Of a DNA stretch of 64,000 bases, positions 46,447 through 56,822 are shown one piece after another. The first letter of the stretch is position 1; the number at the start of each line of letters is the position of its first letter. The notes under the pieces are model-generated. The model was not told the DNA's origin. It saw nothing but the letters and a program-made list of their open reading frames with translations, and did no database searches. The stretch comes from a virus. Lineage: Duplodnaviria > Caudoviricetes. The DNA is taken from positions 1-64,000 of IMG/VR virus record IMGVR_UViG_3300025735_000009; one strand, given 5' to 3'. The position numbers and the translations under genes are program-made.

Positions 46447-48078
46447 TTACGCCTTGACCAGGTTCTGCTGCACTACGGTCACGCGGTTGGTACCGTCGTA
46501 GCAGATCGAATAATCAATGTTCATCTTCTCGAATGGTTGAGCCGCATTCGCCTGCACGGTGGCGGAATAGCAAGCGCCGTCGAGCTCAGCACTTGGCTGC
46601 AGCCAGCCAGCCGACTGCAGGGCCGCAAAGAACGTCTCCAGGAACTTGGTGGTTTCGGTGATCGCCTCGGCCATTGGCTTCTGCAGGAAGCCCTGCGCTG
46701 CCGCCGCAACGGTGTCGTCAACGTAGGTAGCCATTTCAGCCACCGCAATCAGCTTGCTGGCGCCTTCGGTTTGCGCACCGGTCAGCGAGTCAACCCAGGC
46801 GTATTTACCGCCAGAGGTGTAGTCGCGGAAGATCACCGGGTTAATGCGCGACTCCGCCAGCACTTCCAGGTCGATATCCTCATCGAGGTCGAATACCTGG
46901 GTAATGTTGGTGCGGGTCACTGCATAGTCATCACCAGCAATCGGACGGTTACGCGGCGCAATGCCCTTGGCGTTGGTCTGGGCGTTACGCTTGCAGCGCA
47001 GGCCAGCCTGCATGCCAGAGGTACCGAAAATCGCCTTGCCGCCTACCACCGGGTTCTGCGCGCTCAGCGGGGCCCAATAGGCATGGCTGTACAGGCTGTC
47101 GGTGTCACCACCTACGGAGGCATAGAAGGTCGCGGCCGCTTCCGGGCTCAGGCGTCCAGGGATATCCCACAGCACCTGGCGGTTGAGGGTTTTGCCCAGC
47201 GCCAGCAGGCGGGAAATCAGCGCAACGCTTTCGGTACCGCCACTGCACAGGTAGGTGAAGGTCGGGCGCGAACGCTTGATGCGGTCCAGGGCTGCGTCGA
47301 GCTCGTCGTTGGTATAGACCGGCTCGCCTTCGGTGAAGTAGTCCAGTTTCTTGCTGGCCCACTGATCCTTGCTGTTGACGCGGCCGTAGAACGTGGCGGT
47401 AGTCGGCACTTTCGCGCCTTGCTTGACCTCTACCACCTCGAGCACGTCAGTGCTCTGCGCGATCACGTCGCCGATGTAGTAGCTTTGGTCGAACTCGTCC
47501 AGCGCCTGGATATCCAGCGAGCCTTTGTAAGGGCCCAGAATCACCTTGTTGTCGATCACGTCGCGCAGCTGGATGCTGACGATATTACTGGCAACCTTGA
47601 CGCCTTCGGACTTCACCTCATGCGCATGGATCTCGGCAATGACGCCGTCCGAGAAGCACTCCAGGTGCTTGAGGGCGATGAGGAAGTTACCGGTCGGTCC
47701 GGCTTCTTCGGTCACGGTCGACCAGGTTTCGGACGCGCCTTCGCCTGGCACGGTGGCCACCAGTAGCTTGTTGACCGAGCCAGCGGCGATCAGGCGCGAC
47801 ACGATGGCCTGCACGGTGCCGGCCTTGAGCGACTCGTAGATATGGACCGCCGGCTCGGCCAGCGCGCTTACAGCCAGCGAAACAGCCTGGCCCAGCGTGC
47901 GCTTGAAACGACCTTGGCTGACGGCGAACACCTTGTCGATACGGCCACGCGGGAAGCGGCCGGCGATCGCAATGTTATGCGCGACGGTGTCGGTGCTGGG
48001 CTGTTCGGACTGGTCGTTGATCTCATTGAGCTGAACGCCAGAGCGCTTGCCCACGGTACGGGAAAAGTTCTGGGTCAT
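46447..48078 (-). CDS. tail sheath protein (P1 gp22-like)
   Basis: ~540 aa; start MTQNFSR; RINPVIF motif; next to capsid genes. Confidence 0.75.
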   Translation of the reverse strand: MTQNFSRTVGKRSGVQLNEINDQSEQPSTDTVAHNIAIAGRFPRGRIDKVFAVSQGRFKRTLGQAVSLAVSALAEPAVHIYESLKAGTVQAIVSRLIAAGSVNKLLVATVPGEGASETWSTVTEEAGPTGNFLIALKHLECFSDGVIAEIHAHEVKSEGVKVASNIVSIQLRDVIDNKVILGPYKGSLDIQALDEFDQSYYIGDVIAQSTDVLEVVEVKQGAKVPTTATFYGRVNSKDQWASKKLDYFTEGEPVYTNDELDAALDRIKRSRPTFTYLCSGGTESVALISRLLALGKTLNRQVLWDIPGRLSPEAAATFYASVGGDTDSLYSHAYWAPLSAQNPVVGGKAIFGTSGMQAGLRCKRNAQTNAKGIAPRNRPIAGDDYAVTRTNITQVFDLDEDIDLEVLAESRINPVIFRDYTSGGKYAWVDSLTGAQTEGASKLIAVAEMATYVDDTVAAAAQGFLQKPMAEAITETTKFLETFFAALQSAGWLQPSAELDGACYSATVQANAAQPFEKMNIDYSICYDGTNRVTVVQQNLVKA

Positions 48079-48413
48079 TACTTGACCTCCTGGGCTGCAG
48101 CGGCGACTGCCTTGGGAGCCTTGGCGACTGCTGGAACGTCGAGCACCGCGTAATCTTCCTTGTCGTAGCCAGCGCACACGGCAAGCTCGCTCAGGTCGGT
48201 GACCAGGTGCCAGGCCTGCTGAAAGGTCTTCACCTTCACGTCGTAGGCCTTGTTCGGTTCCAGCACCGTATTGATGCCACTGGATGGCACCACGATCGGC
48301 AGGGTGTTTTTGTGGGTCAGCTGCACCGTGAAGGGGTAAGCCTGTCCTTCCACGATCTGGGAAACCAGCTTGCGCGGGGCCTTGCCAGAGTTGCGGTTAA
48401 TTTTGAGGGTCAT
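48078..48413 (-). CDS. structural hypothetical protein
   Basis: Between capsid and sheath genes. Confidence 0.65.
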   Translation of the reverse strand: MTLKINRNSGKAPRKLVSQIVEGQAYPFTVQLTHKNTLPIVVPSSGINTVLEPNKAYDVKVKTFQQAWHLVTDLSELAVCAGYDKEDYAVLDVPAVAKAPKAVAAAAQEVK

Positions 48414-49119
48414 ATGCCACCTGTAGGCCTCGAACGTTGTCCCACTTGTCCAACTGCACAGAGCCGCGCAAGGACTTAGCGAGCTTGGAAAACTGCTGTT
48501 TGGTCACTTCCATCTGGATCGAACCGTCCACCGGGACGCCCTTGCCAAGGACCACGAAGCGGGATGCTGTGTGGTTGGTCAGGGTCAATGTGGCGGGAAA
48601 CTTTCTGATCGCTGGAAGTGACCACGCACCCAAAATTACAGGGCTGGCGGGCTCGTTTTCGGCGGGGGTTTGCGCGGTTTCAAGCTCGCTGGCTTCATCC
48701 TGGTCGGTCGCGCGTTCGCCCGTTTGCGCGTTCGCGCTTTCGTGCGTTTGCGCGTTTACGGAATCGCCGGAAACGGTGCTTTCGTTGCTCTCGGTGGCAT
48801 CGCCCGCTTCCGAATCGTCGTCACCCAAGCTCTCACCTGCGTCGTCGTCAGAGCTCTCGCCCGCGCCGTCGTCCGCTGGATCAGTAGGCCCGCCATCGCC
48901 AGCAGCCCCATCGGTACCGGCATTGGGATCAGTTTCAGGATCACCGCCGGATTCCCCGCCCCCGTCGCCTGCGCTCGAGGTGGATTCACTTGCAGCACCA
49001 ACGGCCGGCGCAGTGCCGGCCCCCTCGGTACCAGCAGACGACTGAATGTCGTCTGCCTGATCCGCTGCTGGTGCTGCCTTGTCAGCCGCGGCTTTCGCTT
49101 TGGTTGTCTTGGCAGCCAT
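48397..49119 (-). CDS. structural hypothetical protein with acidic low-complexity N-terminus
   Basis: C-terminal domain resembles the downstream 111-aa protein. Confidence 0.65.
   Translation of the reverse strand: MAAKTTKAKAAADKAAPAADQADDIQSSAGTEGAGTAPAVGAASESTSSAGDGGGESGGDPETDPNAGTDGAAGDGGPTDPADDGAGESSDDDAGESLGDDDSEAGDATESNESTVSGDSVNAQTHESANAQTGERATDQDEASELETAQTPAENEPASPVILGAWSLPAIRKFPATLTLTNHTASRFVVLGKGVPVDGSIQMEVTKQQFSKLAKSLRGSVQLDKWDNVRGLQVAYDPQN
48633..48673 (-). promoter_or_regulatory. putative internal late promoter
   Basis: GCAAACCCC-N26-TAATTT inside the coding sequence. Confidence 0.6.
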
Positions 49120-49128
49120 AAAACCCCC

Positions 49129-50808
49129 TTACGATGCGATCACGTTTTTGACGGTCAGCAGGGCGCAGCCCATAGCCGACGGCTTGTGCGGGTTGACCTC
49201 GGTGAGATCGCGACGGAACAGTGCGGCGCCCGACTTGAGGTCGGTACCCACGGCGATCGGGATGAGGGTTTGCGGTACCGCGTCCGAGAAGACGATCGGG
49301 TTACGTGCCACCTGGGCGGAACGGCCGACACACAGGATCTCGATATCGGTGTCGGTTTCCTCGACGACGTAGGGGTCGTAGAACACGTCGTACTTGCCCT
49401 TGTACTTACCGACACGCCAGATACCGGCCTTCGCAGCCACGCCCGACGTCACGAAGTCGGTGGAATCCATGGACAGGAACTGCGACATGCCGATCGCGCC
49501 GACAAACCAGATGTTCAGGCCGAATTCCATGGTCTGGTTGGCGACTTCCTGGTCGACCGCAGCCGCGAACGAACCGAAGTCGCGCCATACCGCTGCACGG
49601 GTCTTGTTGATCAGCTGGCCACCGGCGTCGAAGTCGTACACACGGTTGGTGCGCTTGGCGACACGCTTGAGCTTGCGCAGGGCGGCGATGTAACGCTCGT
49701 TCGCGGCCTGGGTGCGCGCAGCCTGCACAGCGATGGTCAGGCCATCGGCGCCCAGTTCCGACTGGGTCGAAGAGCGGGAGTCGGGGGTGATCTGCATCAA
49801 CACGCGGCTTGGGGCGCAGTACAGGCTCCAGCTTTGGGCTTTGGTGTTGATGTGCGGGGTCAGGTCCGGCTTGCGCTCGAAGTCGACGAACGCCTGCACT
49901 TCTGGGTAGGCGCTGGCCGGCAGTGCCGGGGTGAAGCCCAGGCTGCCCACACCGGTATCGACGTTGATGCTGCCGCTGATGGCATACGAAACGCCGGCAT
50001 CGCTGACGTACTGACCAGCCAGCTGGTTGGTGCTGGTGGCGTTATCGACCTCCACAGCGCACGGCAGGCCGTCGATGAACACACGGGTACGGCTGCGCAG
50101 GATCGGCACTGCAGCACCTTGACCACCGATACGCGCGGTTACCTTGAAGGTACCGGTCAGGCGGTCGTCGGCCATGGCGACGTCCAGGATACGTTCGGAA
50201 CGGGTGTAAGGCTGGCCGCCGCCGGTACCGTCCAGGATCATGCCCTGCGAGTAGCCGCCGAAGTCCGAGCCGGTGATCGCGCTGATGATGGCCAGCTTCG
50301 ATTCGTTCGAGTTCAGGTCGGAAGGCAGGTAGGCGCCGAACGGGATGCCCTCGGACAGGCCGCCGGTGATCGCTACCGCGATACGGTTAGGCTGGTGGGA
50401 AAGCGGGGTCGACTGGTTGTTGCTGCTGATGCTGTCCAGGGTCACGCCATCGGGCAGTACCTTGGTGCTGGAGCCATCGGCGATGTTTTCGGCCTGCGAG
50501 ATCACAGCATCGATCAGGGCGGCGTCAGGCATGTGGCCGTTGCGGTGCTGGTAGCGGGCGATACCGTCCAGCAGGCTGTGCACGGCCATGCCGCGGTTCT
50601 CATCACCGTCGATACGGTCGAGCAGGCGCGCCATACGCTCAGGCAGCAGCTGGGTAGCGTTGGCTACGGATTCCTTGATGACGCTGATGGCTGCACCGCT
50701 GGTGCTGTCGAGCATGTTCCCGTCTTCACGGGCCGCACCCACCAGGGCGTCAACCTTCGACTCGGTGTCTTCGAGACCTCGGCCGGGCGCGTAAATGTGT
50801 CGTGGCAT
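49129..50808 (-). CDS. major capsid protein (P1 gp23-like)
   Basis: 559 aa; strongly biased codons; own late promoter; precedes sheath as in P1. Confidence 0.8.
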   Translation of the reverse strand: MPRHIYAPGRGLEDTESKVDALVGAAREDGNMLDSTSGAAISVIKESVANATQLLPERMARLLDRIDGDENRGMAVHSLLDGIARYQHRNGHMPDAALIDAVISQAENIADGSSTKVLPDGVTLDSISSNNQSTPLSHQPNRIAVAITGGLSEGIPFGAYLPSDLNSNESKLAIISAITGSDFGGYSQGMILDGTGGGQPYTRSERILDVAMADDRLTGTFKVTARIGGQGAAVPILRSRTRVFIDGLPCAVEVDNATSTNQLAGQYVSDAGVSYAISGSINVDTGVGSLGFTPALPASAYPEVQAFVDFERKPDLTPHINTKAQSWSLYCAPSRVLMQITPDSRSSTQSELGADGLTIAVQAARTQAANERYIAALRKLKRVAKRTNRVYDFDAGGQLINKTRAAVWRDFGSFAAAVDQEVANQTMEFGLNIWFVGAIGMSQFLSMDSTDFVTSGVAAKAGIWRVGKYKGKYDVFYDPYVVEETDTDIEILCVGRSAQVARNPIVFSDAVPQTLIPIAVGTDLKSGAALFRRDLTEVNPHKPSAMGCALLTVKNVIAS

Positions 50809-50867
50809 TTGTGTTACCTCGTTGCTGAAAATGGGCGGCGCCCCGTAGTGGTGGCGTTTCAGCAGCG

Positions 50868-50908
50868 ATGGTAAGTGTCAAAAAACCCCCGATTTCCCGG
50901 GGGTTTGC
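50868..50908 (-). promoter_or_regulatory. putative late promoter for capsid gene, overlapping terminator hairpin
   Basis: GCAAACCCC-N26-TACCAT. Confidence 0.7.
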
Positions 50909-50918
50909 GCCGTTTTTG

Positions 50919-53900
50919 CTATTTGCGGATGACGATCAACCGGGCATTTGCACCGGTTTGCGCCAAAAGCGCGTTGTCCTTGAAAGTGCCGGCCTCCAGC
51001 GGCTCCACTTCGGCGTTGTGTGCATCCAACCAATCCCGGAAAGCCACGGCTTTCTGGTCCTTTCCGAAGAAAACGCCCTCCCCGGCGATCGCTACCAGGG
51101 TGCCGCCGCCGGCGAGCATGCCGAAGGCCTGCATGATGTGGGCGGCGTCCTGGCGGTTGCTGAATGGCGGGTTCATCAGGATCGCGCCATAGGGCTGCTC
51201 AGGCTTGAAGCCAGTGAAATCGTGGTCAACCACGTTGTAGCCCTTGGCGGCCAGGACTTCGCGCAGGCGGTCAGCGATCTCGATCACGTCCACCACACCA
51301 CCCTCAGCCTTGGCCGCGTCCGCCAGGTTGCCGTTGCCGGCACTTGGCTCGAGCACGCGCATGCCTTCGCGGATGTGCGCCAGCTTGGCCATGCGCTGGG
51401 CGACGTGCGCAGGCGTTGGGAAGTAGTCAATGCCGACCTTCTGCCCTACAAGCGCCCGCTCCAAGGCCTTTACCGGGTCTTCTTTGGCTTTCTCCACCAG
51501 GTGGGGAATCAACGCCTGCACTGCGGCCACCAGGCTGGCGGTGTCGGTAATGCCCATGCGCTCGAGGCGATCAACCCGCGCGATCGACTCCATCGGGTCG
51601 GCCAGGTCCCAGTTATCCTTCGCAGCCTTGAGCACGGCCGCGCCTTTGCGCGTCAGGGCGATGCTGGTGGCGTCCAGGTTGATGCGCTCAGGGCCGGCGC
51701 CCAGCTTGGCCAGGGCCGCAATCAACCGGCTGTTGCCCTTGGGGGCCTTCTCGGCCATGGTCTTGGCTGCTCGAGCATAACGGTTGCTCCAGGCCCACGG
51801 CCGCGGGAACGTCAAGAACTTGAGGTCGTTGTCTTCAAACTGCCGGCCGCGGCGGGATGACTGCTCACGCGCCCCCAGCGCCGCATCAGCATCGTAGGTG
51901 GCCAGGCGCATGAGACGTTGCAGCTCTTCCAGCTGGGCCCGGCTCGACAACTTTGCCAGCGCGCCAGCGGCGCCGGCTTCGATCGCGTCTGCCACCCTGT
52001 TCAGGGTCTTGGCAGCGGCCTTGCTCGCCTCGGCGTTGTCGAGGGCGTAGCCGGCTTCCCGGGCCCGCTTGGCGGTGTTGGTCTTACGGCTAGCGCCCAA
52101 CGCTGCATCAGCCTTGTCGATGGCGCCATTGGCGACCTGGCGCAGCTTCTCCACCTGGGTGGCCAGGGCCTGCTTTGCGCGCTCTTCGGCCAGGCGCTGG
52201 GCGGTGGCCAGGGCTTCGGCCTGCTGTTCGGCGCTCATCACCACCGGCGCCGGCGCGGCCTCAATGTGCGACGTGTCGCCGCCCAGGTGCTTTTCCCGGA
52301 TGAAGTAGCCGCCGTTCATCTTCCAGGTGTATGGGTCGATCGCCTTGGCCTGCTCGAGGCTCAGGTCCGTGCGGATGATGCCGCGCAGTACTTTTTGTTT
52401 CTTGGTGACGTACTCGATGATTTCCGGCCCAGGCGCCGCGGGCGCCTGCTCATTGTGCTCAGGGGTCGCGTCTGGGTTGATGGCCTCCCCGGGCAATAGC
52501 CAGCGCTTGCCGCCGTTGTAGGCTTTGCAGTAGGCCATGACCAGCGCCGCGCCGTTCTCGCCAAGGTAGTGGACCATTGCCACCGCGCGGGTGGCGTCCG
52601 GCACCAGGCCGCCGTCCCCGGATTTGACGAACTCTTTGACCTGCGCGTACAGCGCCTTTGCATCGGGTACGGGCGGTTCCTCGAGCACGCCCGGCTCCAC
52701 CAGCTGGCGGCCGGTACCGGCGCTATTGCTGGTCGATCCTTTGGGTAGGGTGGTGGTCGGCAGAATGGTACCGCCCTTGTAGAACTCGCCATTCATGCCC
52801 ACCGTGCCGCCAGCGGGTGCACGGCCGGCATCCGCTGCAGGCGGCGGGGTGTCATTGCTGGGGAGGGATGAGGCGGCCCGCTGGGCCCGAACACGCTCGG
52901 ACAGGTTCGCTTCGGCATACTCACGCAGGTAGGCCAGGTACTCGTCCCGGTTGTTGCCAACCCGCCCGCCGGCCTTGGCCTCGAACTCGCCTACACGGAT
53001 ACCGGCCCAGCCCAGGAACGCGCTGTTGCCTTCCTCGAAGGTAGGCAGCTCTTCCAGGGTGTCGAGATAGGCCTGATACACGGGGTTGTCGGCCACGCCG
53101 GCGCCGATCGTCTTCTCAAAGTCCGCGCGCTGCTCGGCCTCACGATTGGCGCGGAGGCGCTCAATCTCTGCAGCCTCGGCCGCGGCCTGCTCGGCGGCCT
53201 CCTGGCGCTCACGCTCCGGCGCTGCAGCGCGGTCGGCCTCAGCTGCTGCGTTGGCCACCTTGCGATCAGCGATCGCCTGCTGCTCTTCCTGGTAGGCCTG
53301 CACGTCATCGGGGGCGGCCTCTTCGCCGAATGCTTCGCGGAACTTATCGGGGCCCCACTCGCGCGCCATCACCCCTTTGAGGTCGGGCAGGTCGCGAGCA
53401 ACGCCGGAGGATGCCCCCTGGTAAGCGATCGACGCCCCGCCACCCAATGCCCCATGCTCATAGACGATCGCGCCGCTGGCGAGCTCCTGGGCGCTGGTGG
53501 GCACGAAGTTGGCCAGGCCGGCCTTGGACTTGGGCAGGATGATGCCTTGATCGGTCTGGGTAACCTTGAGGCCGTCAAAGTTGGCAGCGGCATAGACCGC
53601 CAGCGCCGCCGGGTCGCCGGTGACCAGTACAGAGCCATTTTTCTGGGCCTGCACCCCGGTGGCCAGCGCTTGGGGGACGCCGATGGCCGCGGGCTCGTCG
53701 CCGTCCAGGAACAGGTTGAGCACCAGCTGCGCGCCCGTGTCATCGAGCATGACACCCTCGGCGCCATGGCTTACACTGTGGGGGAGCCAGTGTGCGCATT
53801 GGTTCGCCGAGGCGGTGTCTGCTTCGACCGTATGCCCTGAATAGTGATCAGGGGCACATGCGGCCGAATCCAGCATCGCCTTTTCTTTGGGTGCTGTGAT

Positions 53901-54482
53901 TAGCAGGTCGTAATACAGATGCCCTTTGTCATCCTGCTCGACCACTACGCGCACCGCGATCTGCTCATCGGCCAGCGTTACTTTGCTCTGCAGGTAGTAA
54001 TACGCAAGGGCTGCACCTTTCTTGTCCGCCTTGTGGTTCTCGCTGCGCTGCACCACCGTCGCCGCCTTGATGATCTGCGGGATGGCATGCAGCAATTTCA
54101 GCTTTTTCGGGTTACCGCTGAATGCCAGGCTTTCCTTGATGCCGCGCTGGCGGATCTCGACCTGGCCGCCCAATGCTGGGCAGTCGACCATTTGCCCGCG
54201 CAGCCCCTCTAGATGGGCTTTTACCGCGGCGCGCAGCTCCTTTTTGCCCTCGGGCGTGTCGGGGAACTCCCCCAGTTCGGTACCGGTAAGGGTCACCACC
54301 GGCGCCGGCGCGGCCTGGGCACCCAGCAAAGCGCGCAACTCCAGGGCCCGGGCGCTGGCCTTGACCTGATCCAGGGGCGAAAGCGCCCCGCCAGTGAGTT
54401 GCGCCCGCACTTCCAGCAGCTCAGCACTCAGGCGCGCCTGCGCCAGCGCCGCCAGCCCGGCCGATTGATTCAGGTCAGTCAT
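50919..54482 (-). CDS. large polyvalent protein: LPD3/PBECR-like domain plus C-terminal N6-adenine methyltransferase
   Basis: VEIRQRGIKE...ENHK...YYYL...VVEQDDKGHLYY; C-terminal YFPTP, VLEPSAGNG, NPPF. Confidence 0.8.
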   Translation of the reverse strand: MTDLNQSAGLAALAQARLSAELLEVRAQLTGGALSPLDQVKASARALELRALLGAQAAPAPVVTLTGTELGEFPDTPEGKKELRAAVKAHLEGLRGQMVDCPALGGQVEIRQRGIKESLAFSGNPKKLKLLHAIPQIIKAATVVQRSENHKADKKGAALAYYYLQSKVTLADEQIAVRVVVEQDDKGHLYYDLLITAPKEKAMLDSAACAPDHYSGHTVEADTASANQCAHWLPHSVSHGAEGVMLDDTGAQLVLNLFLDGDEPAAIGVPQALATGVQAQKNGSVLVTGDPAALAVYAAANFDGLKVTQTDQGIILPKSKAGLANFVPTSAQELASGAIVYEHGALGGGASIAYQGASSGVARDLPDLKGVMAREWGPDKFREAFGEEAAPDDVQAYQEEQQAIADRKVANAAAEADRAAAPERERQEAAEQAAAEAAEIERLRANREAEQRADFEKTIGAGVADNPVYQAYLDTLEELPTFEEGNSAFLGWAGIRVGEFEAKAGGRVGNNRDEYLAYLREYAEANLSERVRAQRAASSLPSNDTPPPAADAGRAPAGGTVGMNGEFYKGGTILPTTTLPKGSTSNSAGTGRQLVEPGVLEEPPVPDAKALYAQVKEFVKSGDGGLVPDATRAVAMVHYLGENGAALVMAYCKAYNGGKRWLLPGEAINPDATPEHNEQAPAAPGPEIIEYVTKKQKVLRGIIRTDLSLEQAKAIDPYTWKMNGGYFIREKHLGGDTSHIEAAPAPVVMSAEQQAEALATAQRLAEERAKQALATQVEKLRQVANGAIDKADAALGASRKTNTAKRAREAGYALDNAEASKAAAKTLNRVADAIEAGAAGALAKLSSRAQLEELQRLMRLATYDADAALGAREQSSRRGRQFEDNDLKFLTFPRPWAWSNRYARAAKTMAEKAPKGNSRLIAALAKLGAGPERINLDATSIALTRKGAAVLKAAKDNWDLADPMESIARVDRLERMGITDTASLVAAVQALIPHLVEKAKEDPVKALERALVGQKVGIDYFPTPAHVAQRMAKLAHIREGMRVLEPSAGNGNLADAAKAEGGVVDVIEIADRLREVLAAKGYNVVDHDFTGFKPEQPYGAILMNPPFSNRQDAAHIMQAFGMLAGGGTLVAIAGEGVFFGKDQKAVAFRDWLDAHNAEVEPLEAGTFKDNALLAQTGANARLIVIRK

Positions 54483-56790
54483 GTGTCACCCCAAAAATGG
54501 AATCCAGCAAAGCGGTATTGGCCATGGCCTTCTCAAAGGCTTTTTCATCGCGCAGCGCCTTAAACACCTGGTCAAAGGCGGCATTGATGCGGGTACGTTC
54601 TTCGCCCTCGGGATAGGGCTTGAAGGGAGCGCCCAGCTCGGGCTGGTAGTGGTATTTGTTGTCGGCCAGGCAGCTCAGGTAATCGTTTTTGCGGCCTTGC
54701 TCGGCCAGGCGGTCTTCCAGGTAGGCCTGGAATGCGCGGGCGGACATTTCAAAGGGCTCCGACCAGTACTTGCCCGTCACACCGTCATCGAGCTTTTGCG
54801 CCTCGAGGTAGTAGTTCGAGACGCTGGCGCCGGATTTGACCTGCACCTCGGTAGCGCCCTCTGGGGAGTAGTACGCCGCGGCGATCTCGCGCCATTGCTT
54901 CTTTTGCTTGAGGTAGGGCTTTGTCTGCAGGTTCCTGAATGCGTGGTCAACCGCCAGCACCGCGTCGTGCACGTTGCCGGCATTCTTGATATCCAGGGCT
55001 ACGCCGCGCAGGGTTCGGCCGTCCAGGTTGAACTGGGCTTTCTCCAGGGCCCGGGGTGGCAACTTGATGGTTTCCACCAGGCGCACGCCGCCGGTGGTCA
55101 GGGTGTCCTTGAGCGCTTTGAAGGCATCCCGGATTGGGCCCTCTGGCATGTGCTCGTGGTTGGCGCTGGCGAACTCGTCCCGGGCGCCATCCTCGCCACG
55201 CAGCACGCTGGGCAGGATGTTATCCAGGGCGTGCCAGTGCTCATGCCCCAGCGCCCCGCCGCCGTTCATCTTGGTCATGTTGATCACGCGCTCAATGGGC
55301 TCGTAGTGCGCCATTGCCGCGCCCTTACCGCCCGCCCCACGGGCGCCGAACGACATGGCCAGGCGGCCGCCGAAGCTGAGGTGGTTCTCGTCGATGCCCA
55401 GCACGTCGGACATATCCTGCATGGCGCCCGCGGTCTGCTCTACGTGCCACTTGGCGCTGACGAAGTCGCCCAGCACCCAGTTGCCGGACTGCACCGCCCG
55501 GAAGCCACACAGGCGCTCGAGGTCCTTTGTCGAGGCGACGGTTACGGGGCGCCCGCCCACGCGCTCAAAGTTCTCCACCACCTTGAGGGTGAATGTGATC
55601 TTCTTCTTGCTGGCGCGCTTGGGGGCGGCCTTTTCCTTGGTGGTCCAGTCCCAGGTTTTGGGCTCCCCGGCCTTGGCGTTGGCTACATGGCCGGCAAAGC
55701 TGTCAGAACCGCGCATCTTGCGGTACATGGTCGCTTTGACGAAGCGATCGCCCAGCGCGGTCCACGCTCGCGATTCAGAGGTCTGCAGGTTGCGCGCCTT
55801 GGCCGCATCCTTGATGGCTGTCTGCTCCTGGTATACGTCGCCGTATTGCTCGCGCAGGCTGGCCAACTCATCCTTGGTGGCCGCCAGCTCGGCGCCCCAG
55901 GCCTTGTTTGCCGCCTCATAGGCTGCGGTGGCGTCGGTGACGGCCTGATTGTGGGCGGGCTCGATCTTCCAGCCACGCTTCACACGGTTATCCAGGGCGT
56001 ACCGGGCCTTTTCCCGCGCGCTGCTGGCGGCATACATAGCGTTCTGCAGCTCGGTGTTGTTGTCCTCGATCGCGCGTCGGCGCGCAGACAGGTCGCGGCC
56101 CAAGGCAGTGAGCTCGCTGTATCGGGCCGACTCATCAGCATTCAGGCGGGTACCGAGCATTTCCTCGGAAATCTCGGCCATCAGGCTGGCCACGTCGTCG
56201 GCGGTCTTGGCCTGCTCCATACGGGTGCGCAGCGTTTCGACACCCAAGGCATAGTCCTGGCGCGCTTGCGGACTGTCCTCGCTCGGCATAACGCCCACAG
56301 CGGCATACAGGCGGTCCAGCAGGTAGCCGGCTTGCGGGGTCATGCCGCCGGCCTGCAGGCCCTCCCAATCCACCTGGCCGAACAAGTTCGATTTCTTGAT
56401 CAGCTCGCGCGCCTGGCGGGGGTTTTCCTCGATCGCTTTAAAGTCGATATCGCTGACGCGCAGCATCTGGCCAGATTCGCGTGCGGTCTTGAACGATGCG
56501 GCGGCCAGCTCCTTTCGGGAGCCGGAGATATAGCCGGTGTCCTTGTAGCGGTAGTTCTCGCTATTGGGGTCATCGCTCAGGCCGTCGTCATCGGCCGCCA
56601 GGCGGGCCTGCTCGGCGTCGATGGAGGCCGGCGCCGCGCGTACCACGCCGCCCAGCTGGGTATAGAGCGCCAGCGCCTCAGTGGTGACGCGGGCTTGTTG
56701 GATGGGGTTCAACGTGCCGGATTGCAGTTGCCCACGCAGCTCTAACAGCTTGGTGGTCAATCGGGCTTGTTCGAGGGGGTTTAGAGCCAT
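54475..56790 (-). CDS. large polyvalent protein with zincin HExxH and LPD1 domain
   Basis: GGGALGHEHWHALD; YWSEPFEMSARAFQAYLED. Confidence 0.8.
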   Translation of the reverse strand: MALNPLEQARLTTKLLELRGQLQSGTLNPIQQARVTTEALALYTQLGGVVRAAPASIDAEQARLAADDDGLSDDPNSENYRYKDTGYISGSRKELAAASFKTARESGQMLRVSDIDFKAIEENPRQARELIKKSNLFGQVDWEGLQAGGMTPQAGYLLDRLYAAVGVMPSEDSPQARQDYALGVETLRTRMEQAKTADDVASLMAEISEEMLGTRLNADESARYSELTALGRDLSARRRAIEDNNTELQNAMYAASSAREKARYALDNRVKRGWKIEPAHNQAVTDATAAYEAANKAWGAELAATKDELASLREQYGDVYQEQTAIKDAAKARNLQTSESRAWTALGDRFVKATMYRKMRGSDSFAGHVANAKAGEPKTWDWTTKEKAAPKRASKKKITFTLKVVENFERVGGRPVTVASTKDLERLCGFRAVQSGNWVLGDFVSAKWHVEQTAGAMQDMSDVLGIDENHLSFGGRLAMSFGARGAGGKGAAMAHYEPIERVINMTKMNGGGALGHEHWHALDNILPSVLRGEDGARDEFASANHEHMPEGPIRDAFKALKDTLTTGGVRLVETIKLPPRALEKAQFNLDGRTLRGVALDIKNAGNVHDAVLAVDHAFRNLQTKPYLKQKKQWREIAAAYYSPEGATEVQVKSGASVSNYYLEAQKLDDGVTGKYWSEPFEMSARAFQAYLEDRLAEQGRKNDYLSCLADNKYHYQPELGAPFKPYPEGEERTRINAAFDQVFKALRDEKAFEKAMANTALLDSIFGVTHD

Positions 56791-56822
56791 GAAAAAGGGC
56801 CTGCAATAGTGTGCAAGCCCTC

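Noticed and set aside
48710-48770. GCGCGTTCGC-like repeats in this interval as a par site
   Set aside because: They lie inside coding sequence (NAQT/ERAT repeats) and can be explained by the protein; kept out of the iteron count.
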